NCBI GenBank assembly: GCA_000388065.2
Contig: KB932207.1
Length of the DNA stretch: 7,829 bases
Source of the DNA: Fonticula alba ATCC 38817
Lineage: Eukaryota; Protista; Nucleariida
Direction: 5' to 3' (one strand)
The position numbers were made by a program, and so were the translations under genes. Shown here piece by piece: positions 1-7,725 of the stretch. The notes below the pieces were generated by a model, which was not told where the DNA came from, made no database searches, and worked only from the letters and a program-made list of their open reading frames with translations. How positions within the stretch are numbered: the first letter of the stretch is position 1; every line of letters begins with the position of its first letter.

Positions 1-20
1 GCTCATTCTCCCCCTCCCCT

Positions 21-137
21 TCTCTCTCTCTCTCTCTCTCCCTCTGTCAGTATCTCTCCCCCTGGGCTCCTTCTTTCCATATGCCCTATTTCCCCTTCTC
101 TCTCTCTCTCCCCCCCCCCCCCTCTCTCTCTCTCTCT
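21..137. repeat. (CT)n and poly-C tracts in the last intron of the SM gene
   Basis: Several TC dinucleotide runs (about 21-40, 95-109, 122-137) plus a C run. Confidence 0.9.
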
Positions 138-231
138 GTCTCCGTGTTCATTGGCTTGGCCTGGGCATTGTGTCACTTCGCCCCGCATCGATCCCGCCTG
201 ACCGTCGGCCTTGTCACTCGGTGGCTTCCAG

Positions 232-366
232 CGCACTCCGGGAAGGAAGATTTACTACGGCGCCACCGAGCTCCTGACCCCGGCCGACCTGCTGGGTCAG
301 TTGGGTACTCTGGCACAGGTGTCCGCCTCGCCATCGGCATCGCCCGGCCTGGCGACACAGCAATAG
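232..366 (+). CDS. SLY1: Terminal exon of a Sec1/Munc18 (SM) family vesicle-trafficking protein, most similar to Sly1/SCFD1 (5' exons lie outside the window)
   Basis: CT-rich intron with CTGAC branch site (198-202) and TTCCAG acceptor (ends 231). The exon reads RTPGRKIYYGATELLTPADLLGQLGTLAQVSASPSASPGLATQQ*, stop TAG 364-366. The 'YG-TEL....L..QL..L' pattern matches the C-terminal strand/helix of Sly1-type SM proteins as I recall it. Absent from the ORF track because the exon has no start codon. Confidence 0.72.
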   Translation, partial: RTPGRKIYYGATELLTPADLLGQLGTLAQVSASPSASPGLATQQ

Positions 367-868
367 CGGAGCCCCGGACCCCGTTCGCAACACACGCACA
401 CACAGGGTGCCATCGGTTGGTCTTCGTCTTTTCCCTCCCGGCGCGGCCCCGACCAATGCCCTGCTACCCCTCGCCATGTCTTTCCCCCCCTTTCCCGGTA
501 TTCTGTCAATCACAGGCCTTTCCCCTTTCCTGTTCACAGCCGATGCTCCTGACCTTTTGTGAGATCGCCCCCCCCCCCCCCCCCCGGGGGGGGGAGCGGT
601 GGGGGGAGAGGTGGGCGGGCTGGGCGGGCACCTGGGCGGGTGGCGGCCGAGGGGAGGAGGGTCCCAGTGGCACGCGCGGGAATTAGCCAGAGGTCATTCG
701 CGCCAGGGCGTCGTGCTTGTGGGGTATAATACATATCACGTGCTGTGGACCATCGACAGTTGGCATTCCAATTGTGGGCTTTCCGCGATCCAGCCAGGGT
801 GGTCTGGGCCGGGGGATCCGGGCATTGTTGCGGCCATCCCTCGCTGTGCATGCATGGTTGTGTGTAAC

Positions 869-897
869 GGGGGGGGGGGGGGGGGGGGGGGGGGGGG
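869..897. repeat. G29 homopolymer
   Basis: Uninterrupted G run. Similar tracts occur at 7617-7642 (G26) and 568-585 (C18). Confidence 0.92.
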
Positions 898-992
898 TCG
901 GCCGCGTGGGGGGGGTGGCCTGAGAATGGAAATCCTGCGTCGAGGCCGAATGTGTGAGCTGCACACAAATACACATCGCCATGGAAGCTTGA

Positions 993-1082
993 CTATGCCC
1001 TGGGGCTGCCTCGGCCTTGCTGGCTGGCGATCTGCCTGGTTCGAGGCTGGGGCCAATCACATCTGAGCACACATGGGCGTTC
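993..1082 (-). CDS. Putative downstream exon of the minus-strand gene (ERPCVLRCDWPQPRTRQIASQQGRGSPRA*)
   Basis: 86-nt intron 1168-1083 with CTAAC branch (1116-1120) and ACCAG acceptor. A phase-0 join reads to TAG at 995-993. The frame and the stop are uncertain. Confidence 0.25.
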   Translation of the reverse strand, partial: ERPCVLRCDWPQPRTRQIASQQGRGSPRA

Positions 1083-1168
1083 CTGGTATGGGTGGTGGGG
1101 GCCGGGGGCTGGACTGTTAGAGAGTTGGGAAGTGATCTGCGTTGCCTGGTGGGGGGCCGCCCCGGCAC

Positions 1169-1247
1169 CTTGGTCAACTGGTCGAGCCAGTCGTATCGAG
1201 GAGCCTTGTCGAGCGTGCCTCTCTTGGCCCTCTCCTTGTGGCATGGT
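1169..1247 (-). CDS. Putative internal exon of an unidentified minus-strand gene (PCHKERAKRGTLDKAPRYDWLDQLTK)
   Basis: Perfect TACTAAC branch on the minus strand (1270-1276), AAG acceptor (exon start 1247; alternative 1234), AAG|GTGCCG donor at 1168. Codon usage looks coding in this frame. No family recognised. Confidence 0.4.
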
Positions 1248-1517
1248 CTTCCCGAGGATGGCCGTAAGCGTTAGTATGTATGTGTGTATGTGTGTTTGTG
1301 TGTCTATGGGCGGGACACACGGCAATTTGGGGATGGGGGCGAGGGGACGGGGTAGCCACCGTGCATTCCGATTCGCCCGGAATGCACAACGCTCCACCGG
1401 GAGTGATATTTTAAAAAAAAGATTCGCTGCCTCCTGCAACTGTGCAGTCTGTAGTCGAGTCGCCCAGGCTCCTTCGGCCTGCTTAGCCCTCAGGCGCAAT
1501 TGACTCTCGTGAAGCCG

Positions 1518-1524
<7 letters not shown>

Positions 1525-1578
<54 letters not shown>
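1525..1578. repeat. (GT)27 microsatellite
   Basis: 54-nt perfect alternating GT run. Confidence 0.97.
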
Positions 1579-1579
<1 letters not shown>

Positions 1580-1998
1580 TGTCCGTCTGTATGAGGCAAG
1601 CTGCCAGGTGGAGATGAGTTCATGCTCTTCCCATTGAAGCCGATCTTCATCGGAACCCATGCCGGCGTGTTCCGACTGCACTTGTCGTACCATACACACC
1701 CCCCCCCCCCTCTTTCACCCACTTGTTTGCTCTCAGCCTGCATCCACACTTTGGGTTATCCCCTTGACCCTGCAACTTCCCCGCGCCTCCGCCCCTCCTC
1801 CACTCGCCCGCATTCCGGCTTGTGCTCGGCCCACTCGAGCGCCCACTCGGGCCTACGTTGGCTGTTTCCCCCTCTCGCCCCTCCCCGCCCCCCCCTCTCT
1901 CCCCCACCCGCGCGCGCCAGTGTGAGAAAAATCAACACTGACCGAGGAGACAGGCCCCATGTCGACTTCTCCTCGTGGCGCCCAGACAACCACCTGAT

Positions 1999-2981
1999 AT
2001 GCCTTTCTTCTTCTTCGGCGACGACAACTTCATCTCTGGTTCTGTAGCCGTCCGTTTCCAGGAACTTTTGGAGCACTTCCAGCAGCAGTACGGCCCAGGT
2101 AGCCGCCCGGGTCGACCGAACGCCCCCTCTCCCGTCCCGCAGGATTCCGCTGCGCCACAGTCACCGCAAACACAGCAACCCCAAGCGCGACAGACGCCAC
2201 ATCCGCAGCCGCCACAGCCGCAAGAGCCATCCGGGTCGCCGGCTGCCCATCCAGCACCGCCAACAGCCTCCAATCTTCCCCGCACTCGCCCTTCCCAAGC
2301 CGTGTCCTGGCGCGTCCCCGCCGAGAGACTCACCGACTTCGCCGGCCGTCGTGCCACCGCGGCCCCCAGAACCGCCGAGTTCCTTGCCAGCCCGCCGACC
2401 GCCCGCCGCCGGGCATTTGCCACCGCCACCGCCCGAGCTCGTCCATACCCCGGGCCGCTCTCCGAGTCTGAATCCACCAGCGTCGAAACCGACGCCAGCT
2501 CGCTGCTCCTCTTTCCGGGACTCTCTGCCGTGGGGGGCATCACCGCCACCGCCACCGCCACCGCCACCGCCACCGCCACTGCCGAGCCAGAAGCCGGCTT
2601 CCCTAGTCTCTCGTCCCTGGCTGAGACGGCGCTCGCTTTTTGGGCCAGTTGGATCACTGCCCGAGACCATCCGCTGATTGGCGAGTCCCCGAGCAGCCCC
2701 CCTTCCGCCGCTGCCGCCACTGCTGCCGCCCCGGAGGAGCATATGTTCTCGCCATTGCTTTGGCTCAACATCCAAGCCGGCTTCCGCGGAGAGCGCGATT
2801 CCCCCCCCGCGGCTGGGACCTCCACAGCAAACCCCGAAGCCTCGAACACCCCCATGGCTCGGCCAGTTGGCCCGGTCGAGAGCATGGCCACTGCCAGCAG
2901 CGCAGCTCATGCCGCCCACACCGGTGATGATCTCGCGGCCATGGCAGCTGCCGCCCCTCGGCGCATCAAAGTCAGCATCCG
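1999..2981 (+). CDS. DUF2415/WD40-like gene, first large coding exon (P/S/A/T/Q-rich, probably disordered N-terminus)
   Basis: First in-frame ATG at 1999 (MPFFFFGDDNF...); the ORF-track start at 1975 is GTG. Open for 327 codons, ending ATC CG|GTGCGC (donor 2982, phase 2), followed by CA-rich intron-like sequence. The start codon is uncertain. Confidence 0.65.
2542..2583 (+). repeat. (ACCGCC)6 ACTGCC coding hexamer repeat encoding (Thr-Ala)7
   Basis: Reads ITATATATATATATAEPE in the exon 1999-2981 frame. Confidence 0.93.
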
Positions 2982-3228
2982 GTGCGCACATACACACACG
3001 CCAAAGGGCGACACGGCCAGACATGCGTCTGCCACTCATGGCATGGTGGCCTACGGATGTGTGGATGTGCACGCGTGCCGCCGCTTGGAAGTTGCCATCC
3101 TCCCGTCAGGCTCCCGGGAGCCGGTGCCATGCTTTCATTCTTCTTTTTCTGGCTCTTCTGCTCGGTTTCAATCGCAACAGCGGTCTGACCCCCCCCCGGT
3201 GCTCCTAATCCGGAGGCCTTGGTTATTC

Positions 3229-3674
3229 NNNNNNNNNNNNNNNNNNNNNNNNNNNNNNNNNNNNNNNNNNNNNNNNNNNNNNNNNNNNNNNNNNNNNNNN
3301 NNNNNNNNNNNNNNNNNNNNNNNNNNNNNNNNNNNNNNNNNNNNNNNNNNNNNNNNNNNNNNNNNNNNNNNNNNNNNNNNNNNNNNNNNNNNNNNNNNNN
3401 NNNNNNNNNNNNNNNNNNNNNNNNNNNNNNNNNNNNNNNNNNNNNNNNNNNNNNNNNNNNNNNNNNNNNNNNNNNNNNNNNNNNNNNNNNNNNNNNNNNN
3501 NNNNNNNNNNNNNNNNNNNNNNNNNNNNNNNNNNNNNNNNNNNNNNNNNNNNNNNNNNNNNNNNNNNNNNNNNNNNNNNNNNNNNNNNNNNNNNNNNNNN
3601 NNNNNNNNNNNNNNNNNNNNNNNNNNNNNNNNNNNNNNNNNNNNNNNNNNNNNNNNNNNNNNNNNNNNNNNNNN
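3229..3674. other. Assembly gap (446 N)
   Basis: N run between a + strand intron start and a poly-C tract. Lies where the HWQLRD and YQPT exons are expected. Confidence 0.98.
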
Positions 3675-3799
3675 CCCCCCCCCTCGCCTCGGTGCCCTGC
3701 CCTGCTTCCTCCGCGCCTGTGCCAAGGAAGCCCAGCCAGCTGACCCGCCTTCATACTGGACGCCCGGGCCGCTCTTTGTCCTGCCCCCAATGGCCACAG

Positions 3800-3865
3800 T
3801 TCAAACTTCCTGGTTGCCGGTGGCCAACGTTCGGAGCTCACCTTGCGAGACCTCCGGACCGGAAC
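3800..3865 (+). CDS. DUF2415/WD40-like gene, exon (D)SNFLVAGGQRSELTLRDLRTG(T)
   Basis: CTGAC branch 3740-3744, CCACAG acceptor (ends 3799), donor GTGCGT at 3866. Phase 2/2. Contains the conserved 'L.AGGQRS.L' motif and splices in frame to 4027. Confidence 0.8.
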
Positions 3866-4026
3866 GTGCGTGCATCCCATCACCCTCCTTCTTTTCCGGG
3901 GGGCGCCCTGAGCCTGTGCAGCCGCACCGTCCCCCGTCGTCATGACCATACTCTCGCAGGGGGCACTCCGCTCGACAGGTGGCTGCCAACTAATCCTCCC
4001 CCCCCCCTCCCCCCTGCAATGTGCAG

Positions 4027-4205
4027 CATCACCAACAAGAACCTCTCTTCGTCGATCAACAACGCACTCTTCATCCACCGGCCCTGGCAAGACCCGGCCG
4101 CCACGCATCTGTACGTCAGCAACAATGACGAGAGCGTGCGCGTCTTCTCGCTGCCGAGCTTCGGCCAGGTGGCCCACCTCACTTGCGAGACGCCGGTCAA
4201 CTATG
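4027..4205 (+). CDS. DUF2415/WD40-like gene, exon ITNKNLSSSINNALFI...LYVSNNDESVRVFSLP...PVNY
   Basis: CTAAT branch 3990-3994, TGCAG acceptor (ends 4026), donor GTACGC at 4206. 179 nt, phase 2 to phase 1. Contains 'SINN', 'SNND..VR.F' and 'PVN' propeller motifs. Confidence 0.85.
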
Positions 4206-4399
4206 GTACGCAAGCTGTGTGCACCCCCCCCCCCCCCCGCCCCCGTCTCGAGTGCGGGGAAGCCGGGGCCTGTTCCGGGCCGCGGCCAAGAGGGAGAGAG
4301 AGAGAAACAAAGGGGGAGGAGCCAAGGGGCAGGCCTGCCTGGGATGAGGAGGGTAGACTGACGTGTTGAGGCTGGCTCTTTTCCTTTTCTTGCCCCCAG

Positions 4400-4612
4400 C
4401 CTCAGTCAGCCCATGTGGCTCATGGCTCGCTGTCTGCGGCGACAGCAAGATCATCTACCTCTACTCCATGAAGTACCACCCGCCGACACAGGGTCTTGGC
4501 CAGCTGCTCGGGACTGGGCGCTCCGATCGGGCAGGTTCGATGGCCGACCCCCTTGGCCATGCGGGAGGCATGTATGGCTCGATTGATTTCCACTTCGTCC
4601 AGAAGCTCAGCG
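4400..4612 (+). CDS. DUF2415/WD40-like gene, exon ASVSPCGSWLAVCGDSKIIYLYSMK...FHFVQKLS
   Basis: CTGAC branch 4358-4362, CCCCCAG acceptor (ends 4399), donor GTACGT at 4613. Phase 1/1. Joining to the previous exon gives 'PVNYASVSPCGSWLAVCGDS', a typical WD-blade sequence. Confidence 0.85.
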
Positions 4613-4835
4613 GTACGTCGTAGACGCCCCGCGCGTGGTGTGATCGACCATCGCCTGGGTGGTGCTTATGCTGGCTCTTTTGTGCCGGTGCCCATGGCGG
4701 CCTTCTCCCAGAGAGGACCTCCAGGACAAACGCCTCCGCCGGGGTGATAGCCTGCTAACCAGCGCCCTTTGTCTCATGACTCCATCTCTGGGCCTTTGTC
4801 ATTCTCTCGTTTGCTTGCTCTCTCTCTCTCTCTCT

Positions 4836-5150
4836 NNNNNNNNNNNNNNNNNNNNNNNNNNNNNNNNNNNNNNNNNNNNNNNNNNNNNNNNNNNNNNNNN
4901 NNNNNNNNNNNNNNNNNNNNNNNNNNNNNNNNNNNNNNNNNNNNNNNNNNNNNNNNNNNNNNNNNNNNNNNNNNNNNNNNNNNNNNNNNNNNNNNNNNNN
5001 NNNNNNNNNNNNNNNNNNNNNNNNNNNNNNNNNNNNNNNNNNNNNNNNNNNNNNNNNNNNNNNNNNNNNNNNNNNNNNNNNNNNNNNNNNNNNNNNNNNN
5101 NNNNNNNNNNNNNNNNNNNNNNNNNNNNNNNNNNNNNNNNNNNNNNNNNN
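4836..5150. other. Assembly gap (315 N), probably hiding at least one coding exon
   Basis: N run flanked by (CT)n and poly-G, preceded by a GCTAAC branch site (4754-4759). Donor 4613 is phase 1 and acceptor 5363 is phase 0, so they do not join directly. Confidence 0.95.
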
Positions 5151-5363
5151 GGGGGGGGGGGGGAAGGGGAGGCAGTGAGCGCGCCGGGACACACTTTGCC
5201 AACACGGTATCCTCACATTGGTGCAAGTCATGGTGGAAGGGAAAAGGGGCACGGGTGTTATTTTTTCTTTGCGCACCAACCAACCATATCTGCTGACGCA
5301 TGCCACCCCCCCCCCTCCCCCCGAACCACAACCCCCTGCGCCGCCCCGGCTCCCCCGACAAAG

Positions 5364-5833
5364 CGCATCAGCCAAGGCGGTGCCATTCGGTCGCTCAAGT
5401 ACGTCGGCTCGGAGACCTTCATCCCGGACTTGTTGGTCTTCGCCGAGCACACGCGCCATGTCCATGTTGTCGACGCGCGGACATACAACGATGCCACGGT
5501 TCTCCGAGTGCCAGGCCCCTCGGAGCTCGGGAACTCGGTCATGTCACTCAGTGACCTGGCCCGACGGCACCAAGACCCGAAGGTCGACTCGTGGGAGGTG
5601 TACGACCGCATCGGGTCCCAGTACATGGCCGGGGCCATGAATGGGGACCATGCCCACCGGGCGGCCACCAGCCCGCGGGCGACATCGGCCACCGGGGCCG
5701 GCGCCGCTTCGCCCGTGGTGGGCTTCTACCCGGACTTTCAGTCGCTTTCGTCGCTGTTTGGACGCCTGGCGCGCGGTGGTGGGGGTGGCAGTGCCGCCGA
5801 AAGCAGCGACACCCTCAGCCGATCGCCATCGAC

Positions 5834-5873
<40 letters not shown>

Positions 5874-6867
5874 TACCCCTCGCCTCGGGGGGAAACGCCC
5901 CCCGCGCAGCGGGTGTGCCGCCGTCGCAACTGGGCCCCTGGCGTGAAGATGATCATCCCCAGCGACGGGATCTCCGGCCGGGCAGCGAGAGGCCCGGCGG
6001 CTGGCACGGGCAGTGGCGCCGGTCCGGAAGACTGGTCCTCCTGGCTGGGGAACACCCTCTGGCCGATGGCCGGCCGGTCGCCGGTGGGCTCCAGCTCCGG
6101 CCTCGGTGGATGGGGCATCCCTCCGACCGGCGTCCAGCAGCCGGCCGACGGGCGTCCGCGAGAGACGGTGGTGGACATTTGCTCCGGGCCGGCTGGCGGC
6201 AGCGGCCCAGCAGCAGCAGACCCACGAGTGCCGACCTTGCGTGGTGGACGCTTTGTCCCGGAGTGGGTGGATCCGCTGCAGGAGTCCCCGACTCGGGCGT
6301 CCTCCGAGACGCTGGCCATCCACCGGCGCCGGCACAGTGCCCCCCCCCTGCGCCTCGGCCCGGAGGGCGGGGTGCGTACCATCGCGCCCGCCAGCAGCAG
6401 CGGCATGGCCGGTAGTGGTGACGGCGCCCGGTCGTCCTCGCCCATGCTCCTCAGAGACCAGGACGCGCGGCCGATGCCGCCGCTCCTACCCCGGCACTTC
6501 CCGGGGGTGGACTTCGAACTGGACGACGTGGCGCCCCTCCTTGCCGGGGGCCGGCGCCTTGTCCCCCGGTCCGAAGTGGACATCAGCCCACTGGAGATTG
6601 ACCTTCAGGAAACCGAGAACCGGCATTTTGCGACGGCCGCCGCGGTGGCCGCGGCCCAGCGTCCCCAGGCCGCCGGATCCGGCGGCAGCCGACCTGGCTC
6701 CGAGCCAGCCAGTCCTGCACGCAGCCCGCCACACTCGCCGGTCGGACCCGGGCACCAGAGCTGGTCTTGGTGGTCGGGAGCCGGCCCGGCACCCGCAGGC
6801 ACCGAGAGCGAGCAGGTCAACATCGCCGGCCTGGCCGTGTCCCAGCGGGCCGACAAGCTATATGTGG
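5364..6867 (+). CDS. DUF2415/WD40-like gene, large exon with the DUF2415 core, a long low-complexity insertion and the next propeller blade
   Basis: CTGAC branch 5293-5297, ACAAAG acceptor (ends 5363; exact acceptor less certain). GAIRSLKYVGSETFIPDLLVFAEHTRHVHVVDART at 5379-5483, with DLL at 5427-5435. Open frame to NIAGLAVSQRADKLYV G|GTGCGT (donor 6868, phase 1). The terminal exon is not visible. Confidence 0.85.
5835..5873 (+). repeat. (CAG)12CAA coding repeat (polyQ13)
   Basis: In frame within exon 5364-6867, inside the low-complexity insertion. Confidence 0.95.
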
Positions 6868-7207
6868 GTGCGTATGCTCGCAGCAGACGGGAGGGGTGGG
6901 GGGGAGGGGGGCGAGAGGGCAGGTAGGCTGGCATGAAGACGGGGTAAGGAGGAGAAGAGGAAGCCAGCAGTGCAGGGGAGGATGCGCGCGAGACTCATGG
7001 TCAGGGAGTGGCATGGGTGGAGAGGGGGGGGGGGGGGGTCTCTCAAAAAGCACACCACTCCGCCCGGAGGAAAAAAGAGGGCGAGGCATGCCGAAGATCG
7101 GTCCCTGACCATATCTCGCCACCGCTCCCGCCGATCACACGCCTCGGTGTTCCTGGTCTCCGTGTCCCCCGTCTCTCGCCCGCCTTGCCCGGGCGCCTCG
7201 CGGCCGC

Positions 7208-7217
7208 NNNNNNNNNN
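7208..7217. other. Assembly gap (10 N, placeholder-sized)
   Basis: 10-N run separating the end of the DUF2415 gene from the out-of-order exon block. Confidence 0.95.
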
Positions 7218-7259
7218 CGGAAAACGCCATGTCTCCAAACAAACTGCCCATCCCCGCAG

Positions 7260-7584
7260 GCGCCCCCGCCCGAAGGCCCTGCTGAAGGCTCCCTCACATC
7301 CGCTGGCCAGCCTGGCAGGACTGAGCGGCCCGCGCGTGCACCTGGGCGTCCACACAACCATCCGTCACTGGCAGCTGCGCGACATGGTATGCCCCTCTGG
7401 CTTGCTGGATCCGCTAAGTCTCTGCACACCGACCGAGGAGAATGACTTCCTGGAGAAGGCTTTCCCTTATGGCTCGACCAATGTCCACCGAGCGTCGCTC
7501 AATGGCGTCCGGCCCCGGCCCGAGCGCGGCCTCTACTACGTGTGCGGGCACCGAGTCAAGTGGGTCGGCACCGACTCGGGAAAG
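7260..7584 (+). CDS. DUF2415/WD40-like gene, exon encoding the start of the propeller (IRHWQLRD motif); positioned out of order
   Basis: Acceptor CCCCGCAG (ends 7259), phase-2 start. Reads RPRPKALL...HTTIRHWQLRDMVCPSG...GLYYVCGHRVKWVGTDSGK, then donor GTGTGT at 7585 (phase 0). 325 nt, no stops. 'I.HWQLRD' is the hallmark N-terminal motif of this family as I recall it. Confidence 0.75.
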
Positions 7585-7725
7585 GTGTGTCCGCGCTGCC
7601 CCCACAGCCAGGAGCCGGGGGGGGGGGGGGGGGGGGGGGGGGTGTCTCATGTGCACTTGATGACGCTAACGTGTGGGACTCTCTTGTGCTCCTGCCCCCG
7701 CTTCTGCGCGCTACCCCCCGAAAAG

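Noticed and set aside
1174-1176. Minus-strand TGA as selenocysteine in the alternative frame of the putative exon
   Set aside because: The surrounding peptide resembles no selenoprotein motif, I identified no SECIS, and another frame is open without recoding.
1330-1430. tRNA or snRNA gene around the hairpin
   Set aside because: No cloverleaf, A/B boxes, TTCGA T-loop or Sm site could be identified. Kept only as an unexplained hairpin.
1932-2891. Long antisense ORFs over the big exons (also 2161-3072, 5544-6335, 5738-6583)
   Set aside because: Expected shadows of GC-rich, stop-poor coding sequence. No recognisable motifs or matching splice signals.
1975-3945. 656-aa ORF, and the 755-aa ORF 4659-6926, taken as single CDSs
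   Set aside because: They read through introns and N gaps and start at non-ATG or intronic codons. Only the exon portions are supported.
4712-4743. Mini-exon CCCAG|...GGG|GTGATA (ERTSRTNASAG)
   Set aside because: No CTRAY branch upstream, an off-consensus donor, and the next branch site (4754) would be only 10 nt from that donor.
7200-7207. NotI site (GCGGCCGC) exactly at a contig end, suggesting vector or adapter sequence
   Set aside because: A single 8-mer is unremarkable at this GC content, there is no flanking polylinker, and it fits the end of an intron.
6867-7285. Direct splice 6867 to 7260 as the gene's normal end
   Set aside because: It shifts the frame to LYVGAPARRPC* and discards the conserved HWQLRD frame. 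An unfinished acceptor region already lies before the gap.
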